This document shows, in pieces, positions 19,278 to 28,910 of a stretch of DNA of 64,000 nt. Below the pieces are notes generated by a model that was not told the origin of the DNA, did not search any database, and was given only the letters and a program-made list of their open reading frames with translations. Source of the stretch: an uncultured Gemmatimonadales bacterium (GTDB lineage: Bacteria > Gemmatimonadota > Gemmatimonadetes > Longimicrobiales > Longimicrobiaceae); the NCBI GenBank assembly GCA_963716255.1, contig OY970303.1, positions 4,256,001 to 4,320,000 of the forward strand. Reading direction: 5' to 3'. Position numbers and translations under genes: made by a program. Position 1 is the stretch's first letter, and every line of letters begins with the position of its first letter.

Positions 19278-20153
19278 ATGGCCGGACGGCTGGACGGAAA
19301 GGTCGCCATCGTGACGGGCGCGGGGACGGGGATCGGGGAGGCCATCGCGCACAAGTTCTCCAAGGAGGGCGCAACGGTGGTGGTGTGCGGGCTCCCCAGC
19401 GACCCGGTGGAGGACGTGGTCGCCGCCATCCGCGGGTGGGGCGGCACCGCCGTGGCGTTCGGCGGGGACGTGGCGGAGGAGGACAACGCGCGCGACTGCG
19501 TGCGGACCGCGGTGGACGGGTACGGGAAGCTGGACGTGCTGGTGAACAACGCCGGCGTGTTCCTGGTCACCGGCGAGACGCAGGACTACCCGCTGGAGGA
19601 CTTCGACCGCACCGTGCGCATGAACCTGCGCTCCGCCTTCCTGATGACCCGGTACGCCCTGCCGCACCTGCAGAAGTCGCGGGGCAACATCGTGTCCGCG
19701 GGGTCGGAGTCCGGCTTCATCGGGCTGGCCATGAACTCGCCGTACGGCGGCACCAAGGGGTTCATGCACGCTTTCATGCGCGGCGTGGCGGTGGAGCAGG
19801 CCAGGTACGGCGTGCGCGCCAACTGCGTGTGCCCGGGGCCCATCGACACGGCCTGGACGCACAAGGAGACCGGGCCCATGGACAAGAAGATGGAGAAGTC
19901 GCTGATCCAGGCGACGCCGCTGGCCCGGCGCGGCACCCCGGAGGAGGTGGCCAACGTGTACGCCTTCCTGGCCAGCGACGAGGCCAGCTACGTGACCGGG
20001 GTGCTCTGGGTGGTGGACGGCGGCACCACCATCGCCAAGGGGCCCGTGGGCGACGAGGTTCCCGAAGAGCTGCGCAGGCCGCCGGAGCCGCACCTGAAGC
20101 TGGAGCACTCGCTGGAAGGCAACAAGAACAAGGGCACCCACCAGGTGAAATGA
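19278..20153 (+). CDS. SDR family oxidoreductase
   Basis: TGAGTGIG, NNAG, YGGTK. Confidence 0.92.
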   Translation: MAGRLDGKVAIVTGAGTGIGEAIAHKFSKEGATVVVCGLPSDPVEDVVAAIRGWGGTAVAFGGDVAEEDNARDCVRTAVDGYGKLDVLVNNAGVFLVTGETQDYPLEDFDRTVRMNLRSAFLMTRYALPHLQKSRGNIVSAGSESGFIGLAMNSPYGGTKGFMHAFMRGVAVEQARYGVRANCVCPGPIDTAWTHKETGPMDKKMEKSLIQATPLARRGTPEEVANVYAFLASDEASYVTGVLWVVDGGTTIAKGPVGDEVPEELRRPPEPHLKLEHSLEGNKNKGTHQVK

Positions 20154-20167
20154 TGATTCTGCGCTGA

Positions 20168-20368
20168 GGCGGGGCCGCTCCGGAGCCGGACGATACGGCC
20201 GTCCGTCTCCTGCGCGGGCTCCGGGAGCCAGGCCAAACCGCCGGCCTGTCTCCCTGCGCCGGGGGGAGCCTCGCCAAACAACCGGCGAGTCTCCCCCCGC
20301 AACGGATCATTTGGGTACTGCGGAAAAGACGAACGGCGCCCCCACCGGGATCTCCCGGTAGGGGCGCC
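20168..20368 (-). repeat. Repeat family B copy 2
   Basis: GGAGCC-stem-AAACNGCC-stem-GTCTCC units. Confidence 0.9.
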
Positions 20369-20435
20369 GTTCCGCCGTTGCAGGCTGTGGCGCTTCACGC
20401 TTCGCGTGAACCGACGAACCCTGTTCCCTGCCGTC

Positions 20436-21290
20436 CTACTTCCGCGCTCCTACACTCTCCAGGATTGCCGCCGCGAGCCGCGCGGCCGCCGCCGGCACCC
20501 GGCCCTCGGGGTCGGCGTCCGGGTCGTAGGCGGCGAGCGTCGCGCCCACGATCTCCAGGCGCGAGCCGGCAAGGCGCACCGCGGCCTCCACCTCGTCCAG
20601 GGTGAAGCCGCCGCGGGCGGCGAAGCCGTTGGGGGTCGCCTCGGTGGGGTCCAGCACGTCCAGGTCCAGGTGCAGGTACAGGCGGTCTCCGCGCTCCGCC
20701 AGCGCTTCCAGCGCCGGCCCGAAGGCGGCTTCCACGCCCTCCTCGCGCACCCGCGGCACCTCCACCGTGGTGATGCCGGAGCGGGCCAGGATCGCCCGCT
20801 CGCCCGGCTCCAGGTCGCGCGCGCCGGCAAGCACCACCGACTCGTCGGGGACGGGGAGGAAGCCGCGGATGGTGCCGGCGATCCCCGTCCAGCAGCGCCC
20901 CGTCGCCACCGCCAGCGACATCCCGTCCACGAAGCCGCTGCGCGAGCTCTCCGGGGTGTTCAGGTCGCCGTGCGCGTCCATCCACAGCACCCCGGCCGGA
21001 CCGGTGCCGCCCAGCACCCCCAGCGCCGCCGAGCAGTTGCCGGAAAGCACCAGCGGAAACGCCGGCGCCGCCTCGCGCACCCGCTCCGCCAGCGTGCGCG
21101 CCAGCAGAAAGGTCCCCGCCACCTCGCCGCCGGCCTCCGCGTCCGCCTCCACGCGCTCGGTCGACACGCGGTGGCCGCGGCCGCGCAGCGCCTCCTCCAG
21201 CCCCGCGCGCAGCAGGTGCTCCGGGCCCCGGCCCATGCGCCACTCGCGGCGGCCGGAGTCGTACGGCAGCGCCAGGATCCTCACTTCCAT
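20436..21290 (-). CDS. Arginase/ureohydrolase family protein
   Basis: DAHGDLNTP and HLDLDVLDP; SGNC replaces the usual GGDH. Confidence 0.88.
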   Translation of the reverse strand: MEVRILALPYDSGRREWRMGRGPEHLLRAGLEEALRGRGHRVSTERVEADAEAGGEVAGTFLLARTLAERVREAAPAFPLVLSGNCSAALGVLGGTGPAGVLWMDAHGDLNTPESSRSGFVDGMSLAVATGRCWTGIAGTIRGFLPVPDESVVLAGARDLEPGERAILARSGITTVEVPRVREEGVEAAFGPALEALAERGDRLYLHLDLDVLDPTEATPNGFAARGGFTLDEVEAAVRLAGSRLEIVGATLAAYDPDADPEGRVPAAAARLAAAILESVGARK

Positions 21291-21589
21291 CCCGTCCTCC
21301 GGGTCGCGTTGCGTGGCCCGCCCTCGCGGCGGGAAACAGAAAGATATGTGGTCGTGGCGCAATCGGCACGCAAGTGTGTCGCTCGGGTGCGCACGGCCCG
21401 GTGACCCGCCACGGGACAGCGCTGTCGCGCACCGCTACAGGGCGCGCCCCCGCCAGGGGCGTACACCATGCGTAAGTGAGCATAAATATATGTGGTTGAT
21501 GGATTTGTGGAGAAAATAAGACGTGGCCCCCGACCTGCCTCCCCGGGCCGCGCACGAGACGGCGAGACCCTCACCATCCGGAGGCGGCC

Positions 21590-22981
21590 ATGCACCTGCG
21601 ACTAGCCTGTGTCCCCCTGGCGCTGCTGACCCTTGCCTCGGCCTGCGCCGACCGCGCCGGCCAGGACGTCCCCACGGCGTCCACGGCTCCGGACGGCGCG
21701 CCGCGCTTCGCCCTGGGCCCCAGCGCGCTGGGGCCGCCCCTCCCCATCGGCGTCCAGGTGGTGGCGACGGGGTTCACCTCGCCCGTCCAGCTCGTCACCG
21801 CGCCGCAGAAGAACGGGCGGCGCTTCGTGGTGGACCAGGTGGGCGTGATCTGGGAGCTCAACCCGGCGGGGAAGGTGATGCCCAGGCCGTTCCTGGACCT
21901 TCGCGGCAGGATCACGCCGCTCAGCCCCGGCTACGACGAGCGCGGGCTCCTGGGGCTGGCGTTCCACCCCGACTTCGGCAGGAACGGGCGGTTCTTCGTG
22001 TTCTACACCATCCCGCCGCGCGCGGGGGCGCCCGCCGGGTTCAACCACACCAACGTGATCTCCGAGTTCCGCGCGCGGGGCGGGTCGCAGGTCCAGGCGG
22101 ACCCCGGCTCCGAGCGGGTGGTGCTCATGGTGGACCACCCGCAGGCCAATCACAACGGCGGGACCCTGGCGTTCGGGCCGGACGGGTACCTGTACATCTC
22201 CATCGGCGACGGCGGCAACCGCGACGACGAGGGGCTGGGCCACGTGGAGGACTGGTACGCCGACAACGCCGGCGGCAACGCCCAGGACGTCACGCAGAAC
22301 CTGCTCGGCAACATCCTGCGCATCGACGTGGACCGAGGCTCGCCCTACTCCGTCCCCGGCAGCAACCCGTTCGTGGGCAAGCCGGGGCTGGACGAGATCT
22401 GGGCGTACGGCTTCCGCAACCCGTACCGCTTCTCGTTCGACATGGAGAAAGGCCGCCGGCTGCTGGTGGGCGACGCCGGGCAGGAGCTGTGGGAGGAGGT
22501 GAGCGAGGTGGTGAAGGGCGGCAACTACGGCTGGAACGTGAAGGAGGGGACGCACTGCTTCGACGCCGAGAATCCCACGGTGTCGCCGGCCACCTGCCCG
22601 GACGAGGACCCCACGACCGGCGAGAAGCTGCGCGACCCGGTGATCGAGTTCGCCAACACCAAGAACGGCGGGCTCTCGCTGACGGTGGTGGGCGGCGTCG
22701 TGTACCGCGGCGGCGACGTGCCGGAGCTGGACGGACGCTACGTCTTCGGCGGGGCCTTTTCGGGCGGAGACATCAGCGGCCGCCTGTTCGTGGCGACGCC
22801 CCAGGGCTCGGGCCTGTGGCCCATGCGGGAGCTGCTGGTGAACGGCACGGAGCGCCTGGGCCACGTGGTCAAGGGCTTCGGCCAGGACGCGGACGGCGAG
22901 GTGTACGTGACGGGCTCGGAGGTGCTGGGGCCCACGGGCACCACCGGCAAGGTGTTCAGGCTCGTCCGCCCGCGGCGCTGA
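21590..22981 (+). CDS. PQQ-dependent sugar dehydrogenase (GSDH/Asd-like) lipoprotein
   Basis: ERGLLGLAFHPDF, HNGGTLAFGPDGYLYISIGDGG, YGFRNPYRFSFD, GGNYGW. Confidence 0.9.
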   Translation: MHLRLACVPLALLTLASACADRAGQDVPTASTAPDGAPRFALGPSALGPPLPIGVQVVATGFTSPVQLVTAPQKNGRRFVVDQVGVIWELNPAGKVMPRPFLDLRGRITPLSPGYDERGLLGLAFHPDFGRNGRFFVFYTIPPRAGAPAGFNHTNVISEFRARGGSQVQADPGSERVVLMVDHPQANHNGGTLAFGPDGYLYISIGDGGNRDDEGLGHVEDWYADNAGGNAQDVTQNLLGNILRIDVDRGSPYSVPGSNPFVGKPGLDEIWAYGFRNPYRFSFDMEKGRRLLVGDAGQELWEEVSEVVKGGNYGWNVKEGTHCFDAENPTVSPATCPDEDPTTGEKLRDPVIEFANTKNGGLSLTVVGGVVYRGGDVPELDGRYVFGGAFSGGDISGRLFVATPQGSGLWPMRELLVNGTERLGHVVKGFGQDADGEVYVTGSEVLGPTGTTGKVFRLVRPRR

Positions 22982-23155
22982 GGGGAAGCCCGGGGTGACG
23001 GACCTCGCCGCCGGCGCGACGGTCGCGCCGGCGGCGCTTCGTCGTGCCCCCGGTTCCTCGCGATCGGGGATGGTGGGCGTTCATGGCGGATTCCGTACGG
23101 GTGGGGTAACGTTGTCGGGGGGCAGCGTTTCCTCCACCCCATCAGGGAAGACGAC

Positions 23156-23365
23156 ATGAAGAAACTGCGCATCCTCCTCGCGGCGTCCGTGCTCGGCCTC
23201 GGTGCCTGCGGCGAGTCCACGCTCATGGCCCCCGAGGACCCGCGGCTCGACAACGGCTCCACGTTCGGAACCGGCCATCGCTCCGGCGACAGCACGAGCG
23301 TGAACACCACGGCGGGAACGACTTCCGCCGAAAGGAACGGTTCGACCTTTGGGACGGGCTACTAG
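23156..23365 (+). CDS. Small lipopeptide with duplicated NGSTFGTG motif
   Basis: MKK + hydrophobic stretch + LGAC lipobox; motif at 23252-23275 and 23336-23359. Confidence 0.75.
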   Translation: MKKLRILLAASVLGLGACGESTLMAPEDPRLDNGSTFGTGHRSGDSTSVNTTAGTTSAERNGSTFGTGY

Positions 23366-23473
23366 GCCGCAGGCGAATGCGGGAATGGCGGCCAGCCCGT
23401 ACATTGACCGCCGGACCCGCGCCCGGGTCCCCGCGACCGCGTCCGCCACCCCCGCGCACCGTCAGAGCCCCAG

Positions 23474-24781
23474 ATGAACCCAGTCGATCCGGAGATCGCG
23501 CTTCTCGTCGACGAGTGGCGGCGCTGCGTAACCGAAAAGGACGTGTCGGGCGCCGAACGGCTGCTGGACGAGGGGTACCGGGGCACCCTGCCGACCGGCG
23601 AGGAGGTCGCCCGGGATGCCGAGATCGCGCTCCTCGCGTCCCCGGCGGTCGCGGTCCGTTCCATCGAGGTCCAGGACCTCCGGACGACGAGGCGCGGGAG
23701 CCGGGCGACCGCCGCGGCGCGGCTCACGATGGCGGGCAGGGTCAACGGCGCGGACTTCCAAAACGTCTACCACGCGACGTTCGAGTTCCGCAGGGACGGA
23801 TCCGCGTGGCGCGCGACGGGCTCACGGCTGGCGGAGGCCGCGGCCGGGCAGCCGCCGTCCGCGCCGCGGGCGAAGGCCCGCTCGGCGGCCTCCTGGCTCA
23901 GGCGCCTGCTGCGCCGCGCGGACGCGCCCGCGTCGTTCCAGGAGATGGCGTACCTCCCCTTTCAGCCGGGGAAGAACTTCGCCCTCGCGCCCGTGGAGCC
24001 CGCGCCCACCCCCGCCACGTCCGCGGACGAGCTCCCCATCCCCCCGCGAGAGCTGTGGCTCGGCTACAACTATCCCGCCCACGGAGAAGCCCACGTCCGC
24101 ACGATGCTGGACGTGGCGTACGCCTCGGGTCTGGCGTTCGCGCCGGGCGACCGCATCCTGGACCTCGGCTGCGGCGCCGGACGGATGATCCGCCACCTGG
24201 TGGAGCTGGCCGCCACCTGCGAGATCTGGGGGATGGACATCAGCGCCGAGCACATCTTCTGGTGCAGGGAGAACCTGAGCCCTCCCTTCCACTTCGCCAC
24301 CAACACCAAGGTCCCGCACCTGCCCTTCGAGGACCGGAGCTTCCGCTTCATCTACTGCGGGTCGCTGTTCACGCACATCGACGACCTGGCCGACGCATGG
24401 CTCCTGGAGCTGCACCGGATCCTCGCGCCCGACGGCCGCCTGTACGTGACCATCCACGACAGCAACACCATCCGCCTGTTCGACGACGGCCAGTACCCCG
24501 GCTCCCCCCTCGCCCGCCGCATGCGCAGGGAGGAAGTGTACCAGGCGGCAAAGGACTCCCCGGGCATGATCTCCATCGACCGCGACCACCTGTCGCAGGT
24601 CTTCTACGGCACGGAATACTTCACCCGCATGGCGGGCTCCATGTTCGAGGTCGTGTCCGTGGTCCCGGAGGCCTACTTCTACCAGACGGCGTTCCTCCTG
24701 CGCAGGAAGCGGCCAGGCCGGGCTCCGGGCGCGGGCCCTGATGGCGTGACGCACGGCGCCGCCGACACGGAATCCGTGTAA
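23474..24781 (+). CDS. NTF2-like (DUF4440) domain fused to class I SAM-dependent methyltransferase
   Basis: N-terminal SnoaL-like pattern; ILDLGCGAGR, MDIS, LPFEDRSF, SLFTH. Confidence 0.85.
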   Translation: MNPVDPEIALLVDEWRRCVTEKDVSGAERLLDEGYRGTLPTGEEVARDAEIALLASPAVAVRSIEVQDLRTTRRGSRATAAARLTMAGRVNGADFQNVYHATFEFRRDGSAWRATGSRLAEAAAGQPPSAPRAKARSAASWLRRLLRRADAPASFQEMAYLPFQPGKNFALAPVEPAPTPATSADELPIPPRELWLGYNYPAHGEAHVRTMLDVAYASGLAFAPGDRILDLGCGAGRMIRHLVELAATCEIWGMDISAEHIFWCRENLSPPFHFATNTKVPHLPFEDRSFRFIYCGSLFTHIDDLADAWLLELHRILAPDGRLYVTIHDSNTIRLFDDGQYPGSPLARRMRREEVYQAAKDSPGMISIDRDHLSQVFYGTEYFTRMAGSMFEVVSVVPEAYFYQTAFLLRRKRPGRAPGAGPDGVTHGAADTESV

Positions 24782-24897
24782 AGCAGGCTTCCTGGGGGTT
24801 CAGCGAGGCGCTGAAGGTAGGGGAGCCGCGCCGTTCTCCCCCTTTCCCCCGCTTGCGGGTGAGAGGGGGCCGGGGTGTGTGGGGGCCCACCCTCGCG

Positions 24898-25048
24898 GAC
24901 GCCAGCGCGATCCCCGCGTGAGGGATTTCGGCCCGGAGGGGCGAGACCCGGCGGGGCTGTTTCCGCCGGGTCTCGACTCCGTTACGCACGGTTGTTTCGT
25001 GCGTTACGGAGCCGAAGCCCGACCCCGGCGCCAGCCGGGGGCACGCCC
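24898..25048 (+). repeat. Repeat family A copy 3, preceded by a CCCCCGCTTGCGGG-type palindrome
   Basis: Same scaffold as the other A copies. Confidence 0.9.
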
Positions 25049-25184
25049 GACCCCCGATCGTTTCACCTGAAACCCCGCCGCTCCCCCTTCCGTAGACACC
25101 CTCGCGCCCCGCCGCCAGGCCCGGGTGCCCGCCCGTACGTCCGTCCCGCCCCGACCGCCCGCACCCATGCAGGGAGCCCGTGCC

Positions 25185-26279
25185 ATGAAGCGACGCAGCA
25201 AGGTGATCCTGTCCACGCTCGCCGGAGCGGCCGTCGTCGCCAGCGCGCTCGCCGTGCGCGCCTTCGCCCGCGACGGGTCCGACGAGGAGGGGCCGCCCGC
25301 GGTGGAGGTCGTCCGCGGCGACCTGGTGGAGCGCGCGCTCGCCACCGGGACCATCGAGCCCGAGGTGGAGGTGGGCGTCAAGTCCAAGGTGTCGGGGGTG
25401 GTCCGCGCCATCTTCGTGGAGGAGGGGAGCTTCGTGCGGGCGGGGCAGCCGCTCATGGAGATCCGCCCCGATCCCACGCCGGTGGAGCTGGTGGAGGCGC
25501 GCCGGCAGGTGGAGCTCAACGGCATCGAGGCCGCCAACGCGCGCCGCGACCTGGAGCGCGCCGACGCCCTGGTGAGCCGCGGCCTCGCCCCGGCCCAGGA
25601 CCTGGACTCGGCCCGCAAGCGCAGCGACGAGGCCGCGCTGCGCGTGCGCATGGCGCGGGAGAAGCTGCAGCTGCTGGAGCGCGGCAGCACCGGCGGCCCG
25701 GGTGGGAGCGAGTCGGTGGTGCGCGCCCCGGTGGACGGCTACGTGCTGGAGCGGCTGGTGGAGACCGGCAACCCCGTGGTCCCCCTCAGCACCTACCAGG
25801 AGGGGACGGTGCTGATGACCATGGCGAACATGGACCGGCTCATCTTCCGCGGCGCCGTGGACGAGATCGACGTGGGCAAGCTGCGCGAGGGGATGCCGGT
25901 GGAGATCAAGATCGGCGCCCTCCCCGCCGCCCGCGTGCGCGGCGTGGTGCGTCGCATCTCCCTCAAGGCCAGGAAGGAGGAGAGCGCCACCACCTTCCCG
26001 GTGGAGATCGCGCTGGAGGAGACCTCCGGGGCCACCCTGCGCGCCGGCCTTTCCGCCAACGCCGAGATCGTGATCCGCGAGCGCAGGCAGGTGCTCACCA
26101 TCCCGGAGCGCGTGGTCACCTTCGCCGGCGACACCGCCTGGGTGAGCGTGCAGACCGCCGCCGGCCCGCAGAAGCGCGTGATCCGCACCGGGCTGAGCGA
26201 CGCCCTGCGGGTGGAGGTGGTGTCCGGCCTGCGGCAGGGGGAAAAGGTCCTGGAAAAGCCCACCCGGACCATCGAGTAG
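25185..26279 (+). CDS. Efflux periplasmic adaptor (MacA/HlyD-type MFP)
   Basis: ATGTIEP.VEVGVKSKVSG, VRAPVDG, VDEIDVGKL..G, GLSD. Confidence 0.9.
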   Translation: MKRRSKVILSTLAGAAVVASALAVRAFARDGSDEEGPPAVEVVRGDLVERALATGTIEPEVEVGVKSKVSGVVRAIFVEEGSFVRAGQPLMEIRPDPTPVELVEARRQVELNGIEAANARRDLERADALVSRGLAPAQDLDSARKRSDEAALRVRMAREKLQLLERGSTGGPGGSESVVRAPVDGYVLERLVETGNPVVPLSTYQEGTVLMTMANMDRLIFRGAVDEIDVGKLREGMPVEIKIGALPAARVRGVVRRISLKARKEESATTFPVEIALEETSGATLRAGLSANAEIVIRERRQVLTIPERVVTFAGDTAWVSVQTAAGPQKRVIRTGLSDALRVEVVSGLRQGEKVLEKPTRTIE

Positions 26280-26283
26280 CGCA

Positions 26284-27525
26284 ATGACGCGCCTCCTGGG
26301 CACCCTGGGGCAGTTCGCCGACACCCTGCGGCACCAGCGCCTGCGCACCGCCATGACCATCCTGGGGATCACCTGGGGGACGGTCGCGGTGGTGGTCCTC
26401 CTGGCCTTCGGGACCGGGCTGGAGAAGCAGATGCGCAGGAACGCAAAGGGGATCGGCGAGGGGATCGTGATCGTGGGCGGCGGCACCACCACCAAGGGCT
26501 TCCGCGGCTTCCCGGAGGGCCGCGGGGTGAGGCTCCTCCCCGCCGACGTGGAGCTGCTGCGGCGCGAGGTCCCCGAGATCGCCGTGGCCACCCCCGAGCA
26601 CGGCCGCTGGGAGGTGCCCGTCCGCAACGGCGCGCTGGTGGCGAGCCCCTACGTCAGCGGCGTGGAACCGGAGTACGGCGACCTGCGCAACGTGTTCGCG
26701 GCGCGGGGCGGCCGCTGGATCAACCCGCTGGACATCGCCGGGCGCCGCCGCGTGGCCGTGCTGGGCAACGAGCTGGCGAAGCTGCTCTTCGGCGAGGCGG
26801 ACGCGGTGGGGCGGCAGGTGAGGGTGGGAGACGCGCCGTTCACGGTGGTGGGGGTGATGCAGCCCAAGACGCAGAACTCTTCGTACCAGCAGCGCGACCA
26901 GGACCGCATCTTCATCCCGGCCACCACCTACCGCTCCGTGTTCGGCGAGCGCTACCTGGAGCGCATCCTGTACACCGTGCGCGACCCCGAGCAGTCCGAG
27001 GCGGCGAGCCGGCGGGTGTACGAGGTGCTGGGCAGGCGCTACACCTTCGACCCCACCGACGAGGACGCGCTCAGCGTCTGGGACACGGGCGAAGGCCTCA
27101 AGTTCTTCAAATATCTTTTCCTGGGATTCAACCTGTTCCTGGGCGTGGTGGGGAGCTTCACGCTGGTGGTGGGCGGCATCGGCGTCGCCAACATCATGTA
27201 CATCGTGGTCCGCGAGCGCACCCGCGAGATCGGCGTCCGGCGCGCCCTGGGCGCCCGCCGCAGGGACGTGCTCACGCAGATCCTGCTGGAGACCTTTCTG
27301 ATCGTGGCGGTGGGCGCCGTCCTGGGGATGCTCGTGTCCCTGGGGCTGGTCAGGGCCGCGGGCATGCTCCCCATGCAGGAGCAGGTGGGCACCCCCGTCA
27401 TCTCCCCCCTGGTGATGGCCGCCACGGTGGTGCTGCTCGGCCTGGTGGCGCTGCTCGCCGGGATCTTTCCCGCCCGCAAGGCCGCTGGCCTGGACCCTGT
27501 GGAAGCCCTGCGCTACGGCGCCTGA
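26284..27525 (+). CDS. MacB/FtsX-type ABC permease
   Basis: TILGITWG, GIGVANIM..VRERTREIGVRRALGA, PARKAAGLDPVEALRY. Confidence 0.92.
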   Translation: MTRLLGTLGQFADTLRHQRLRTAMTILGITWGTVAVVVLLAFGTGLEKQMRRNAKGIGEGIVIVGGGTTTKGFRGFPEGRGVRLLPADVELLRREVPEIAVATPEHGRWEVPVRNGALVASPYVSGVEPEYGDLRNVFAARGGRWINPLDIAGRRRVAVLGNELAKLLFGEADAVGRQVRVGDAPFTVVGVMQPKTQNSSYQQRDQDRIFIPATTYRSVFGERYLERILYTVRDPEQSEAASRRVYEVLGRRYTFDPTDEDALSVWDTGEGLKFFKYLFLGFNLFLGVVGSFTLVVGGIGVANIMYIVVRERTREIGVRRALGARRRDVLTQILLETFLIVAVGAVLGMLVSLGLVRAAGMLPMQEQVGTPVISPLVMAATVVLLGLVALLAGIFPARKAAGLDPVEALRYGA

Positions 27526-27610
27526 GCCCGCGGCCCATGCCGTCGCAGGCTGTTCCCCGTGGCGCCGCACGCTGCGCGTGCACCGGATGAACCCTGTTCC
27601 CCGCCGTCCC

Positions 27611-28858
27611 ATGTGGAAGATCCTGCTGGAGGAGTTCTGGGGCGACCTGCGGACGCAGAAGACCCGCGCCCTGCTCACCACCTTCGCCGTCACCTGGGGA
27701 ACCCTCTCGGTGGTGCTCCTGCTCAGCTTCGGCGAGGGGCTGAAGCGCGCGGTGGTGAAGGGGACGCTGGGGATGGGCGGCGACATGCTGATGCTGTACA
27801 GCGGCGAGACCAGCCTGCCGCACCAGGGGCTCCCGCGCGGGCGGCAGGTGCGGCTGCGCGAGGACGACCTGCCGCTCCTGCTGCGCTCGGTGGAGGAGCT
27901 GGAGACCGGGAGCGTGTCGTACGGGCGCTGGGGCGCGCGCCTGAAGACGGACGCGCTCTCCACCACCACCATGATGGAAGGGGTGGACCCGGCTTTCGAG
28001 GAGCTGCGCCACACCTACGCGGCGCCGGGAGGTCGCTTCCTCAACGCGCGCGACGTGGCGGAGAAGCGGCGCGTGGTGTTCCTGGGCGACTCCATCGCCC
28101 GGCGCCTCTTCCCCCGGGAAAGCGCCGTGGGGAGGACGCTGCTGCTGGACGGCGTGCCGTTCACGGTGGTGGGCGCGATGCAGAAGAAGATGCAGACCTC
28201 CATGAACAACGGGCCGGACGCGGACCGCGCCCTCATCCCCAGCTCCACCTTCCGTGCCATCTACGGCGACCGGTACGTCAGCCACCTCATCGTCCTGCCG
28301 CGCAGCCCGGAGCAGACCGAGCGGGCGCAGGCGAGGGTGCGCGAAGTGCTGGGCCGCAAGTACGGCTTCGACCCGGCGGACGAGCGCGCGGTGGCGGTGT
28401 GGGACTACAGCGAGGAGGTGCGGATGACCAGGCTGATCGGCGGCGGCATCCAGATCTTTTTGGGGGTGGTGGGTGGGCTGACGCTGCTGGTGGCGGGGGT
28501 GGGGGTGGCGAACGTGATGTACGTGGTGGTGCGCGAGCGCACCCGCGAGATCGGGGTCAAGCGGGCGCTGGGGGCGCGCCGGCGCCACATCATGGCGCAG
28601 TTCGTCTTCGAGGCTCTCACCATCGCGCTCGCCGGGGGGATGGTGGGGCTCCTCGTCGCGGTCGCGGTGGTGCTGGGGGTGGACGCCGTCCCCGACGGCG
28701 GCAACGAGGCGCTCCAGTTCCTCGCCAACCCCAAGCTGTCCTGGCCCATCGCCCTCACCACGGTGGGGATCCTGGCCGCCATCGGCCTGCTCGCCGGGCT
28801 CTTCCCCGCGCGCCGCGCCGCCGGTCTTGACCCGGTGGAGTCGCTGCGCTACGAGTAA
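27611..28858 (+). CDS. MacB/FtsX-type ABC permease (paralog)
   Basis: Same motifs as the upstream permease. Confidence 0.92.
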   Translation: MWKILLEEFWGDLRTQKTRALLTTFAVTWGTLSVVLLLSFGEGLKRAVVKGTLGMGGDMLMLYSGETSLPHQGLPRGRQVRLREDDLPLLLRSVEELETGSVSYGRWGARLKTDALSTTTMMEGVDPAFEELRHTYAAPGGRFLNARDVAEKRRVVFLGDSIARRLFPRESAVGRTLLLDGVPFTVVGAMQKKMQTSMNNGPDADRALIPSSTFRAIYGDRYVSHLIVLPRSPEQTERAQARVREVLGRKYGFDPADERAVAVWDYSEEVRMTRLIGGGIQIFLGVVGGLTLLVAGVGVANVMYVVVRERTREIGVKRALGARRRHIMAQFVFEALTIALAGGMVGLLVAVAVVLGVDAVPDGGNEALQFLANPKLSWPIALTTVGILAAIGLLAGLFPARRAAGLDPVESLRYE

Positions 28859-28910
28859 GGTGCGCGGCGGCGCCCGCCCCGCGCCCTCCTTCCGCCGCGG
28901 CAACCTCCCC

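Noticed and set aside
21340..21500. AT-rich divergent spacer with ATATGTGGT twice (possible NrdR-like or other operator)
   Set aside because: Copies are about 145 bp apart, the palindrome match is poor, and the flanking genes are not ribonucleotide reductases
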